A DNA stretch of 64,000 nucleotides from a virus (Duplodnaviria > Heunggongvirae > Uroviricota > Caudoviricetes). The notes under the pieces were generated by a model that worked only from the letters and a program-made list of their open reading frames with translations, searched no databases and was not told the origin of the DNA. The first letter of the stretch is position 1, and each line of letters opens with the position of its first letter. Positions 33,618 to 42,109 of the stretch are shown piece by piece. Both the position numbers and the translations under genes were made by a program. Location of the stretch: the IMG/VR virus record IMGVR_UViG_3300033993_002218, positions 1 to 64,000 of that record; one strand, 5' to 3'.

Positions 33618-33826
33618 TGTCCCTCCAGTTCATCAGCGACGGCCAGGAGTTGAATCCTGTCCTGTTTGCAGTGCACAGCAGCTGCTCGCAGGGCGGCGGC
33701 GGCAATCTCGTTGACATTCTCTAGGCAGAAGTCTCCAGTGGGAGCTGTTGCAGCATCCAAAACTCTCTGCGCGGCGGGGGAAAGCGTACTGTTCAAACCG
33801 TAAAAACCCTGCGATTTATTACACAT
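33614..33826 (-). CDS. GC-rich-island small protein, paralog 2 (about 70 aa). Possible alternative TTG start at about 33796 giving M-NSTLSPAAQRVL.
   Basis: ...LSPAAQRVLDAATAP...AAAALRAAAVHCK...QLLAVADELEGQ. The ORF-track N-terminal extension is discarded. Confidence 0.45.
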   Translation of the reverse strand: MCNKSQGFYGLNSTLSPAAQRVLDAATAPTGDFCLENVNEIAAAALRAAAVHCKQDRIQLLAVADELEGQ

Positions 33827-34046
33827 TGCCACCCTCCAGCTCGGCGGCGATGGCGAGAAGCTGATACCTAACCTCATCCTTATCTGTCCAGTCGCTAGAT
33901 GGATATTTATCCTTTGGCACCACCTGATCCGCAGCAGATCGCAGGGCGGCGGCGAGGCACTCCACGTCACACTCCAATGGTTCATCTAGCCAAATGCTGC
34001 GATAGGCATCCAGCACCGCCTGCGCTTGTGGTGATAGTTCAGTCAT
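33819..34046 (-). CDS. GC-rich-island small protein, paralog 3 (75 aa)
   Basis: MTELSPQAQAVLDAYRS...LAAALRSAADQVVPKD...QLLAIAAELEGGNV. Confidence 0.5.
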   Translation of the reverse strand: MTELSPQAQAVLDAYRSIWLDEPLECDVECLAAALRSAADQVVPKDKYPSSDWTDKDEVRYQLLAIAAELEGGNV

Positions 34047-34049
34047 AAG

Positions 34050-34135
34050 GTTTCTGTGCTTGTATCCTTTTATTATAGGGCATCAAAGGGCACCTGTGAA
34101 GTGCCCTTGTGCCAGTTTAGAGAGTGTCATACAGA
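34050..34135 (-). promoter_or_regulatory. intergenic cassette (type A) at the boundary of the GC-rich island
   Basis: ttttattatagggcatcaaagggcacctgtgaagtgcccttgtgccagtttagagagtgtcat. Confidence 0.55.
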
Positions 34136-34443
34136 AAGGCAACCCAGAGCATTTTACAAAAAATATGAAATGCCTGGTCCATTCCGAGGTTATAATAACC
34201 CCTACACTTACCATAGTCAATAGCAAAATGAATAATCCATTCTGCAAGTCCAAGCAGAGGAATACCAGTAATTACAGCAACAAACAATCCGTGAAGTGCC
34301 GTATGTCCTGCCATCCACCAAGTCCAGTGAAGAACTACATCTTTTCCAGGGCATTTTTCTACTGCCATTCTATCATTTTGTAGCACAAAATCGGCAACAA
34401 AATGTGCGAGAATGAGAAGTATGAGTATGTTAATGTATGTCAT
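34117..34443 (-). CDS. polytopic membrane protein (108 aa), His-rich
   Basis: Three or four hydrophobic segments. Confidence 0.55.
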   Translation of the reverse strand: MTYINILILLILAHFVADFVLQNDRMAVEKCPGKDVVLHWTWWMAGHTALHGLFVAVITGIPLLGLAEWIIHFAIDYGKCRGYYNLGMDQAFHIFCKMLWVAFLYDTL

Positions 34444-34504
34444 CCTAATAATCCAGTGCGTCTAATAAACAACAGTATAAGAATAATTGTAAGTGCTAAC
34501 CATA

Positions 34505-34840
34505 TCATTCATCAAAATCCCAAGGTGCTTTGCGTTGAAGTAGTTTAGCAATCTTTTCGTCGTATTGTGGTGGTTCATTCAATCGTTCTACAAGAGCATC
34601 AAAATCTTCTGCCGGTAGGACAATCTTTTCTGGTTCCACTCCTTTACCCCAGAACTTCTCAAACTCCCATTTGTAGTTCATATCCAACCATCCACCATTC
34701 AGAGAACTCCAGAATGAACCCCAAATGTGATAATCATCAAACCTGAAACCCTGATGAGAAATCAAACGATACCACCACCAGAAACTAGAATATTTTATGT
34801 ATCTGTTGCTGATTATAAGTTTGTTAATAAGTATCATCAT
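34505..34840 (-). CDS. hypothetical Trp-rich protein (111 aa, trimmed)
   Basis: ORF track, trimmed. Confidence 0.45.
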   Translation of the reverse strand: MMILINKLIISNRYIKYSSFWWWYRLISHQGFRFDDYHIWGSFWSSLNGGWLDMNYKWEFEKFWGKGVEPEKIVLPAEDFDALVERLNEPPQYDEKIAKLLQRKAPWDFDE

Positions 34841-35168
34841 AAAATTCGTAGATAATCTCTGTGGTTTCATCAATCAGTTCTGATGTAATTATACCACAAT
34901 CACATTCTTTTGGAATAAAGACATTATATTTCTCACCATATGGCAACCAACCACGATTAAACTTCTGTTCCAGATATGCTACGTGTTTCTCACCTTCTTC
35001 TGTGAATGGTTGTTGAAAGAGATAATGTAAAGCATCGTGCTCTGCATATGCCCTAAGTGCTCTTTCTGTTTTGTATGGAAACTTATGTTGTTGAGTAACT
35101 GTCACAACCCAACGACGATGAATTTTTTGTGGAATAGTATCTAAGAATTGTTGAATGTCCATTACCAT
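34824..35168 (-). CDS. hypothetical protein (114 aa)
   Basis: ORF track. Confidence 0.5.
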   Translation of the reverse strand: MVMDIQQFLDTIPQKIHRRWVVTVTQQHKFPYKTERALRAYAEHDALHYLFQQPFTEEGEKHVAYLEQKFNRGWLPYGEKYNVFIPKECDCGIITSELIDETTEIIYEFYDDTY

Positions 35169-35299
35169 TCACCTTTGATACTAGAAATATAAGAATAGTT
35201 CAAATAATTCCAGAACATACTTTGATACACAATCACATTTGAACTATTAGAAGTCATAAGTGATTTCCACATTTCAAAACACATCTGAAATTTTTTCAT
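35162..35299 (-). CDS. hypothetical small protein (about 45 aa)
   Basis: Hand-translated MKKFQMCFEMWKSLMTSNSSNVIVYQSMFWNYLNYSYISSIKGEW. ATGA overlap upstream. Confidence 0.25.
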   Translation of the reverse strand: MKKFQMCFEMWKSLMTSNSSNVIVYQSMFWNYLNYSYISSIKGEW

Positions 35300-35505
35300 T
35301 TTCCTTCAAGTTCATCAAGTTTCTCATTCACAAAACCAGTCATATCAAGTGTTCGTGGGTCTACACCTTCATCAAGACAATCAAGCATAAACTCCATAAA
35401 TGCTCCAAGAATTAGACAAGCACGACGCTTATCGTGTTCTGTGATGGTGGTATGAGGAGAAGCAACATACTTAACGATGTGCTCATAAAGTTCGTCATAG
35501 GTCAT
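35296..35505 (-). CDS. hypothetical protein (69 aa)
   Basis: ORF track. Confidence 0.45.
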   Translation of the reverse strand: MTYDELYEHIVKYVASPHTTITEHDKRRACLILGAFMEFMLDCLDEGVDPRTLDMTGFVNEKLDELEGK

Positions 35506-35684
35506 GGGGTTTCATCACTGTAGTTTACATAGAGATTGTCGCCACCAATATTCAGGTGATAGATTTTACCGTTGGTGAGATAGATTCCCAACCATACGGC
35601 ACGACCTTGCTCCATCACCTCATAGTGTACCATAGAAACGTCCTCAAGAACGAACTCATCAGGATTCTTAATAAATCGTGGCAT
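35502..35684 (-). CDS. hypothetical protein (60 aa)
   Basis: ORF track. Confidence 0.4.
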   Translation of the reverse strand: MPRFIKNPDEFVLEDVSMVHYEVMEQGRAVWLGIYLTNGKIYHLNIGGDNLYVNYSDETP

Positions 35685-36037
35685 TATGCTACACCATCAG
35701 CACTATCTTTGAATTCCCTAACTCTTTTCAGAAATGCAGTTGCCTGCTCATCAAGTGCCTCAATCAAATCCTCAATATCAGAAATCGCAATAAAGTCATA
35801 TTGCTGATTTAAGTGTTCGCAACGAAATGCGTCAATTGCAGATTGTAGGGTAATCATCTGCAAATGCATCATACTAATTGGTCCTCCAGTTGGTAATGAT
35901 TCACATTCCATATTGTAGTAGTCATTATACCTTTGCAGAACACGATTACTCCTTTCTTTTCGTTTCCATTCTCTGTTTTCTGCTTCACGACGTTCTGCCT
36001 CTTCGAACATTTCGTCTGGGTATGGAGAAACATCCAT
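35684..36037 (-). CDS. hypothetical acidic protein (117 aa)
   Basis: ORF track. Confidence 0.5.
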   Translation of the reverse strand: MDVSPYPDEMFEEAERREAENREWKRKERSNRVLQRYNDYYNMECESLPTGGPISMMHLQMITLQSAIDAFRCEHLNQQYDFIAISDIEDLIEALDEQATAFLKRVREFKDSADGVA

Positions 36038-36110
36038 AATGTTGGTTCCTTTGATTTCTCATATTATACAACAAAGGGCACTCGGTTTCAAGTGCCCTTG
36101 TGCCGGTTCT

Positions 36111-36335
36111 TCAAGTGTCTATTTCAAACTTTACTCCCATTTCCCACAATACCTGTCTGGCAAATGTAATTTCTCCCCACGCAGAACCATCGTTAAAAGC
36201 ATCATTATGACTACCAGAAGTCTTATCATAACTATCCCCATGAATATCAAAACAAGTTCTATCCTCTGCCCTATCTTTAAGTAAACGAATGAGTTTTAGA
36301 TATTCATTTTTATATTTTTTGGGTGTGTCAGTCAT
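36111..36335 (-). CDS. hypothetical protein (74 aa)
   Basis: ORF track. Cassettes on both sides. Confidence 0.5.
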   Translation of the reverse strand: MTDTPKKYKNEYLKLIRLLKDRAEDRTCFDIHGDSYDKTSGSHNDAFNDGSAWGEITFARQVLWEMGVKFEIDT

Positions 36336-36406
36336 TAGGTTTCTGTGTGTATGAGACTATTATACAGCAAAAGGCACCTGATTTCAAGTGCCTTTGTGAC
36401 GGTTCT

Positions 36407-36604
36407 TCAACTGTTCTCCACAATCTCATTAAGGTCTTTCATAAGAATCTTCATTTCCTCCAAATCAACCTTGTTCATTACAAGATAAGCAAGAGTATCA
36501 ATAGCAACTTCAATTCGTTGATTTTTTTCAACAAAAGTTTCTTTCATTCCCATTTTCTGTTTTTGGTTTGTGAGAGTAATGAGTTCTTCTGCGGAGAAAG
36601 TCAT
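36407..36604 (-). CDS. hypothetical protein (65 aa)
   Basis: ORF track. Confidence 0.45.
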   Translation of the reverse strand: MTFSAEELITLTNQKQKMGMKETFVEKNQRIEVAIDTLAYLVMNKVDLEEMKILMKDLNEIVENS

Positions 36605-36690
36605 AAGAGAGTTCCTTTGTGTGTATGAGAGTATTATAAGGCAAGAAAGGGCACCCCAAAGGATGCCCTGTGCCAGTTGTTCAAGTGTCC
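36605..36690 (-). promoter_or_regulatory. intergenic cassette (type A) upstream of nadV
   Basis: tgtgtgtatgagagtattataaggcaagaaagggcaccccaaaggatgccctgtgccagttgttcaagtgtcc. Confidence 0.55.
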
Positions 36691-38064
36691 TCAGACAATT
36701 ACAGAAGCATTGTATCGGACTTCATCAAAGGTATACTCTTTGACGATTTCACCATTCTCAAACACAGTCTCAAGAACTTCTTCAGCATCAGTCCTACCTT
36801 CCAAGTCAGTGAAATAACCTTCATCATTACGATAGAGTGTTACACGACCTTTCTTGGATTCTTTACCCATATCGGTAATTGGACTCTTATACACATCTCT
36901 CTGTTCTCCTTTAACTTCAATTGAAGAACACTTCATTGCAAACTTCTGAGTATCACGGTCAATACTTTGAAGAAGTTTACCACCTTGACCGAAGGCAATG
37001 TTGTCTGCAGAATATCCAGCAGTCATTGCTCTATAAAGAATTCGGTCAATCGTATCTTGAGTGATACCATCACCTTGAATAATACGGACGTGATTAAGAA
37101 CTTTGAATCCTTTATCATTTACCGTGTGTCCATAGTGACTATCAAGAATCTTAAGGCACTCAGTTACAACTTCTGGAGGATAACCACTATCAGGACGAAC
37201 CACAAGAGTTGCACCAGAGTTGATTACATCATCCTTGAGAACAGTGCCCCACATATGGCAGGCATCGTAAATGTTATAACTATCACTTACGCAAGCAAAG
37301 AGACTGTTAGGTTTGCCGTAGATTTTTACCATATTACGGTAAGAATCTTCTTCACCCTTTCTACCCCAAGAAGTCACGGTGCTGTGTTCCATAGCAGGAA
37401 TAGAGAATCCTGCAATATCAATGTTGTAGTATTCTTTACCATAAAGCAAAGCACTTACCGTATCAGTTCCCTGAAAGTTTACAAGGTGTGCGAGACCACC
37501 AATACCAGCAGACTCGAAGGAAGATACACCACGAGCACCGAAATCGTGAAGTTTGAACTCAATCGTTCTGGGATCTCCAGTTTTCATCAAGTAATCGTGA
37601 ATGATTCTCTTACTTTCGTAGGAGTTGGTAGCAACAGTAGTTCCGTACCAAATACTCCTGAGAAGTGCAGTCTCAATATAACTTGTCAACCAAGCACATT
37701 GAGGGTCAGTATTTTCAACAGTAGCAAGAACATTCTTCACAGGAATTACAGAACCTTCAGGAACTGCTTTGATGCGAATAGGCAACTTACCACCATATTC
37801 ACGAAGAATATATTCCCAACCTTCACGATTGAAAGGTTCTCCGTGTCCCCCAGCAATTAGTTCAGCAAAATCAATATCTTCCTGAGTAATAGGATTAGAA
37901 AGATACTCCTTTAGAAAGATTTGAAGACCGAAGAAAACAGTTTGTTTCCAACTACCTCCACGACTTTCAACATAGGAATATACGTTCGTAGTCCCTTCGG
38001 GATACTGATTGTATTGCGAAAACTTGTAAGAATCTGTGTTTGTGATAATCGTTTTGTTAATCAT
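36691..38064 (-). CDS. nadV: nicotinamide phosphoribosyltransferase (NAMPT/NadV), 457 aa
   Basis: The N-terminus ...TDSYKFSQYNQYPEGTTNVYSYVESRGG and overall length match the NAMPT family. Shine-Dalgarno TTAAGGAGTTTAAA-ATG. Confidence 0.9.
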   Translation of the reverse strand: MINKTIITNTDSYKFSQYNQYPEGTTNVYSYVESRGGSWKQTVFFGLQIFLKEYLSNPITQEDIDFAELIAGGHGEPFNREGWEYILREYGGKLPIRIKAVPEGSVIPVKNVLATVENTDPQCAWLTSYIETALLRSIWYGTTVATNSYESKRIIHDYLMKTGDPRTIEFKLHDFGARGVSSFESAGIGGLAHLVNFQGTDTVSALLYGKEYYNIDIAGFSIPAMEHSTVTSWGRKGEEDSYRNMVKIYGKPNSLFACVSDSYNIYDACHMWGTVLKDDVINSGATLVVRPDSGYPPEVVTECLKILDSHYGHTVNDKGFKVLNHVRIIQGDGITQDTIDRILYRAMTAGYSADNIAFGQGGKLLQSIDRDTQKFAMKCSSIEVKGEQRDVYKSPITDMGKESKKGRVTLYRNDEGYFTDLEGRTDAEEVLETVFENGEIVKEYTFDEVRYNASVIV

Positions 38065-38146
38065 TTTAAACTCCTTAAAATGTGGATAATGCCTTCGGTC
38101 TATCCAAAGGACTTTTGTGTGTTAATGACTGTCACCTGTCAAAGTT

Positions 38147-38326
38147 TCATTTACCTAAAATAATATCTAAAAGGGTTCTTTTCTTTTTTGGTTTAGGTTC
38201 TTTTATTTTGGGTCTTTTCTCCGGTGGATTGATAAACTTAACCCCGAAATATTCCTCAAAAAACTTTATCCGAAGTTTAGGGTCGTTAAGTATTTTTCTA
38301 AGTCTTGGACTTATAACACCTTTCAT
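38147..38326 (-). CDS. hypothetical small basic protein (about 59 aa)
   Basis: Hand-translated MKGVISPRLRKILNDPKLRIKFFEEYFGVKFINPPEKRPKIKEPKPKKKRTLLDIILGK. The competing plus ORF 38082..38336 is a less likely call. Confidence 0.3.
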   Translation of the reverse strand: MKGVISPRLRKILNDPKLRIKFFEEYFGVKFINPPEKRPKIKEPKPKKKRTLLDIILGK

Positions 38327-38332
38327 TTTAGT

Positions 38333-38584
38333 TTAACACCTAAATTGCTCTTTACCACCGTGAATATTATTCAACACTTGTTGATGTTGAGGTGGTCCTG
38401 CTTGAGGGTCAATATCGTGCTTAAAAACAAGAGCGAGATGACTTTGGATTAAGTCAACTTGTCTTTTGCTTAATCCTTCTGCTCCTATATCACCGTGCAA
38501 TTCAAAATAACCCTGTAACCAATAACAAAACTCAGTTGCTTTCATAGTAGATAATGTGTTATAGAACAAGTTCAGGTTTACCAT
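38333..38584 (-). CDS. hypothetical protein (83 aa)
   Basis: ORF track. Confidence 0.45.
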   Translation of the reverse strand: MVNLNLFYNTLSTMKATEFCYWLQGYFELHGDIGAEGLSKRQVDLIQSHLALVFKHDIDPQAGPPQHQQVLNNIHGGKEQFRC

Positions 38585-39086
38585 CTAAATCCTCACGCAA
38601 AGCAGTGAGAACTTGACCCAACCAATTAGTTCCTTGCCAATTAGCAGGATTTTCAATCTCTTTCTCATAACCACCAAGACCCACACCCCAAACAGTATCA
38701 GTAGGTGATGCTTCAACCAGATAATAACCTTTAGTTTCCATCAGGTAATTATAAGCATCTTCATTTTGAGTGAACTTATAAAAGCATCCCTCATAAACAA
38801 TTTGCCTTGCGTGATTATCCCAAACTTCCTTATTGAAGTTCTTGACTTTACGACCAAGTGCTTTCTGGTCTCCTGGAAAGGTTTTCTTCATAATCTTTCG
38901 AGCAATATCAAGGTCATTAAAGAGTAATGCCTTCTTATGCATCATATACTGTTCGGCGCAGTTATATGGGTCTCCACTTCGGGTATCTAGAAAAGGAGTA
39001 TCCGCCCAGTTTGATAGGAACCCATTATAGAAAAAGACATATTGACTATACTTCTCTAGAAAGTTTTGTTCTTTGAATTGCATCAT
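38559..39086 (-). CDS. NADAR-domain (YbiA-like, DUF1768) protein, about 175 aa
   Basis: Trp/Gly-rich core ...YNCAEQYMMHKKALLF...WGVGLGG...NWQGTNWLGQVL typical of NADAR. Trimmed to MMQF with GGAG upstream. Confidence 0.7.
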   Translation of the reverse strand: MMQFKEQNFLEKYSQYVFFYNGFLSNWADTPFLDTRSGDPYNCAEQYMMHKKALLFNDLDIARKIMKKTFPGDQKALGRKVKNFNKEVWDNHARQIVYEGCFYKFTQNEDAYNYLMETKGYYLVEASPTDTVWGVGLGGYEKEIENPANWQGTNWLGQVLTALREDLDGKPELVL

Positions 39087-39088
39087 TG

Positions 39089-40108
39089 TTATACTCCGGT
39101 AAAATAGTTGATGATTTCGTAATGGTCTTCGTAGCACTCACTTGGATTGATTTTGGAAATTGGAATCCATTTTGCAGATGTAGCATCACTTCCACCTTTG
39201 ACTTTTGGAAGTTCTCCGTTAGGAAGTTTGATGTGAAATGCATGAGTGATTGTCCTACCTCTGGTGCTTCGTTCAATCGCATCAAAGACTTTTGCTTCTG
39301 CTATATTACCACGAAGAACTGGAGCAGGCACCTTGAGTTGAGTTTCCTCCCTCACTTCCCGTATCATAGCATCCTCTAGGGACTTGTCGCTTAAAGCGTC
39401 TAGGAACCCTCCAGGAAGGGCAAGGAGACCCTTTCCAGGTTCTGCCCGACGACGAATCATCAGAATGTGCCCACACTGCACTACGACGGCATCCACCGTC
39501 ACGAAGGTTGGGGGATATGGGAAAGAAGCATACTGAGACTTATATTTTTCAACAAAATCAATCTCTCGGAGAATTTGGTCGTAATCCTCTGTCTTAGAAA
39601 ACTTATTGAGAAACTCCAGAACTTCTACTGGAATGACACTCTTAATAAAGTTTGGGTTGTAGTCCTCTTTGAAGTAGAGTTTTCGGATTTGAGATGCACT
39701 CAGTTCTTCAATCAAAGGGACTTCAATTAGGTCCCACTGAGGGAACATATCAAGATAGAAAGAAGTCTCATCTTTCTTGTATCCAATAATTCCAACTTTA
39801 ATGTCTTCAAAGGGATTGATTTTATTCACAATACTTTGAACTCTAGATACCCAAGCATCATTGTTGTAGATGGTATCTTGAATTGGATGAATGCTATAAC
39901 TAGCATTTACCATCATTAAAGTTTCGTTGATTAAATATTCCCGTTCATCATAAGAGAATGGGTTCTTAAAAGTTCTGGGTTGATTTGCAGACCCCACAAT
40001 AATCGCAGTGTGTTCTGCAAGTTCTGTTGCCCGTTTGATAATCTCTAGGTGAGCATTATGGAACGGTTGAAACCGACCAATAAAAACAATTACATCATAT
40101 TTTTTCAT
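39089..40108 (-). CDS. natV: bifunctional NMN adenylyltransferase / Nudix ADP-ribose pyrophosphatase (NatV/NadM-Nudix type), about 339 aa
   Basis: FIGRFQPFHNAHLEI is the (H/T)xGH nucleotidyltransferase motif. GGFLDALSDKSLEDAMIREVREETQL is a Nudix box. The start is trimmed to MKKYD behind TAAGGAGTTTAGAATT-ATG. Confidence 0.85.
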   Translation of the reverse strand: MKKYDVIVFIGRFQPFHNAHLEIIKRATELAEHTAIIVGSANQPRTFKNPFSYDEREYLINETLMMVNASYSIHPIQDTIYNNDAWVSRVQSIVNKINPFEDIKVGIIGYKKDETSFYLDMFPQWDLIEVPLIEELSASQIRKLYFKEDYNPNFIKSVIPVEVLEFLNKFSKTEDYDQILREIDFVEKYKSQYASFPYPPTFVTVDAVVVQCGHILMIRRRAEPGKGLLALPGGFLDALSDKSLEDAMIREVREETQLKVPAPVLRGNIAEAKVFDAIERSTRGRTITHAFHIKLPNGELPKVKGGSDATSAKWIPISKINPSECYEDHYEIINYFTGV

Positions 40109-40225
40109 AATTCTAAACTCCTTAGAATGTTGTGTTGTTAGAACGTCTATCGTTCTAATGTATGTATTATAATGGAAAAGGGGGGCACCTGTAAAGTGCC
40201 CTTGTGCCAGTTGTTCAAGTGTCCT
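40109..40225 (-). promoter_or_regulatory. intergenic cassette (type A) upstream of natV
   Basis: attataatggaaaaggggggcacctgtaaagtgcccttgtgccagttgttcaagtgtcc. -10 at 40166-71. Confidence 0.55.
40138..40158 (-). promoter_or_regulatory. perfect 8 bp inverted repeat (TTAGAACG-tctat-CGTTCTAA) in the natV leader, between the -10 and the Shine-Dalgarno
   Basis: Seen directly. Candidate operator or leader hairpin. Confidence 0.4.
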
Positions 40226-40290
40226 CAAATAAGTGCTTTGTTTTTTCTTTGAGTTCTTTTATAAGGTCATCCCTGATAATTTCTTGTGGT

Positions 40291-40539
40291 TCAGTCATTC
40301 TTCACCTGCTTATATTTCAGGGCAAAGTGTCGGTAAGCACCCATAGCAATTTTAGGCATCCAATCACTATGATAACGTAATGGAAGAGTTAAGTTAGAAC
40401 AGAACTCCCGTGCCTTATTTCGCAATAAAGAGTTTTCATCCTCACCAGTTTCTTTCCAATTCTCATAATCCTCAATAACCTTCCAGAGGTCTTCCTCATT
40501 CATAGAATTGACGAAACTCTCAATTGTTAGGTATTTCAT
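40291..40539 (-). CDS. hypothetical protein (82 aa)
   Basis: ORF track. Confidence 0.5.
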   Translation of the reverse strand: MKYLTIESFVNSMNEEDLWKVIEDYENWKETGEDENSLLRNKAREFCSNLTLPLRYHSDWMPKIAMGAYRHFALKYKQVKND

Positions 40540-40611
40540 AAGAGGTTTCTGTGTGTATGAGACTATTATAGGGCATCTGGTGCCCCTGTAGAGGGGTCTT
40601 GTGCCAGTTCT

Positions 40612-40761
40612 TCAGGTGTCCTCTTTCTTCTGCTTCTCAATAAGTTCTCTCAGTTTCTTTCTACCATAATCCGTTAATTCCTTTTTAGAGTTTCTCAAGT
40701 CTTCAATCTCCTTTTCAGAAAGAAAGAAACCATCAGAAAGATTCCCGTATTCTTCACTCAT
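40612..40761 (-). CDS. hypothetical small protein (about 49 aa)
   Basis: Hand-translated MSEEYGNLSDGFFLSEKEIEDLRNSKKELTDYGRKKLRELIEKQKKEDT. Confidence 0.3.
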   Translation of the reverse strand: MSEEYGNLSDGFFLSEKEIEDLRNSKKELTDYGRKKLRELIEKQKKEDT

Positions 40762-40933
40762 CTCTAATCTTTCTCAACCATAGAGCAAATTCAGACCACT
40801 TTTCGTTATTTACTTGTTCTTGAAGTTCAGCACCACGGTAATCTTTGTTGATTTTATGACACCAAGCAGTCATCTCACTCACAATAAGATGTCGGTGCAT
40901 CTGGAGCATCGTATCAATTTGTTCATCTGACAT
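40754..40933 (-). CDS. hypothetical small protein (about 59 aa)
   Basis: Hand-translated MSDEQIDTMLQMHRHLIVSEMTAWCHKINKDYRGAELQEQVNNEKWSEFALWLRKIRDE. Confidence 0.3.
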   Translation of the reverse strand: MSDEQIDTMLQMHRHLIVSEMTAWCHKINKDYRGAELQEQVNNEKWSEFALWLRKIRDE

Positions 40934-41174
40934 CTTCAGTCTCCTTTGCTATTTTTTTAATCCAGATAATATCAAGTTTGTTTGCTTTTTTTACTACTCT
41001 ACCATATTTACTATAACGAAGTCCACCACCACTTCCCAAATCAAATACAAAAGAACGGTCATCATCTGGATAGGCAGGAGAATTTCTAATTTTACCATAA
41101 AGAGTACTATCGTCTCTGCGAACAACTTTGACGACATAATCAACACATTCTTCAAGATTAACAAGTTCAGTCAT
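40923..41174 (-). CDS. hypothetical protein (83 aa)
   Basis: ORF track. Confidence 0.45.
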   Translation of the reverse strand: MTELVNLEECVDYVVKVVRRDDSTLYGKIRNSPAYPDDDRSFVFDLGSGGGLRYSKYGRVVKKANKLDIIWIKKIAKETEDVR

Positions 41175-41323
41175 TCTTCACTTAAACTCAAATCACAATC
41201 CTTCCTCATTTTTTCCAATTGTTGTTTTATGGGTCGTTGATAAGTCGGTTGAAGATTGAAGGCAACCCATTCAATACACTTATTCAGTTGTTCGTTTGCG
41301 ATTTGTTTTTCGTTTTCAGTCAT
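41171..41323 (-). CDS. hypothetical small protein (about 50 aa)
   Basis: Hand-translated MTENEKQIANEQLNKCIEWVAFNLQPTYQRPIKQQLEKMRKDCDLSLSE. ATGA-coupled on both sides. Confidence 0.3.
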   Translation of the reverse strand: MTENEKQIANEQLNKCIEWVAFNLQPTYQRPIKQQLEKMRKDCDLSLSEE

Positions 41324-41505
41324 TCTGCCTCACGATAATGTTGTGCGTTTAATGTTCTCCACATTACAATCTGTTCAAAACATTCTCCAAGAGAACGGCA
41401 AACAAAACTATCTTCATCTATTCCATCAGGACCATCCCAGATAGTAGCAGTATATCCTTTTGTTGGATGTGGTGTGTAAGTGATTTCAATTCTCATTGTT
41501 CCCAA
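41320..41505 (-). CDS. hypothetical protein (61 aa)
   Basis: ORF track. Confidence 0.4.
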   Translation of the reverse strand: MGTMRIEITYTPHPTKGYTATIWDGPDGIDEDSFVCRSLGECFEQIVMWRTLNAQHYREAE

Positions 41506-41684
41506 GCATAAGATTTCAGGAGTTCATTATCTTTCTCTAGTTGTTCAATTCTATCACACAATTCGGTGATAATACAAATCAAAGAAGGATAGCAAATGGT
41601 TTCAGTATCACTCCCATCCTCCATATCGACATATCGTAAATAGAGAAGTTCTTTCTCAAAGTTGCGGTCAGTCATCACTTTCAA
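41493..41684 (-). CDS. hypothetical protein (63 aa)
   Basis: ORF track. Confidence 0.4.
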   Translation of the reverse strand: MKVMTDRNFEKELLYLRYVDMEDGSDTETICYPSLICIITELCDRIEQLEKDNELLKSYAWEQ

Positions 41685-41955
41685 TCAAATTTGCAAGTTG
41701 TTTAATAGTCAAAAGTTTAAGAGTTTCAATAGGCACCTTATGTCTTTCTGCCATCCTCATTCCACTATCAAATCCTTCTTTGTATGCTTCCTTACGGACT
41801 TCAGTAAGTTCCCCATTAATTTTTCTAAGTCTGCGTGAATGTTCAATCAGTTTTTCTACAGTAAGTTTACCTGGAGTATAAAGAGAACCCAGAAGTTCTT
41901 TTGAGTATTCTTCAATTAGTTGGTCGTCAGTCATAATAGGTATTGCAATTCCCAT
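41668..41955 (-). CDS. hypothetical protein (95 aa)
   Basis: ORF track. Confidence 0.5.
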   Translation of the reverse strand: MGIAIPIMTDDQLIEEYSKELLGSLYTPGKLTVEKLIEHSRRLRKINGELTEVRKEAYKEGFDSGMRMAERHKVPIETLKLLTIKQLANLIESDD

Positions 41956-42109
41956 AATTTAGATAGTGCCAGAACAACTTTCTCATTCTTTCTTCATCTT
42001 CAAACCCGTGAATATGTGGATACATCAAATTTGACCAAGAATACACACAATACTCAAAGAGATGGATTGAGGTATAGATGTTCCACCTTTTCCAGGTGTC
42101 TTTGGTCAT
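41927..42109 (-). CDS. hypothetical protein (60 aa)
   Basis: ORF track. Confidence 0.4.
   Translation of the reverse strand: MTKDTWKRWNIYTSIHLFEYCVYSWSNLMYPHIHGFEDEERMRKLFWHYLNYGNCNTYYD

Noticed and set aside
38082-38336. Plus ORF 38082..38336, a hydrophobic 84 aa ORF, as a membrane protein
   Set aside because: A basic 59 aa minus-strand ORF (38147..38326) occupies the same space and matches the uniform strand polarity. Neither call is secure, so the minus call is kept at low confidence.
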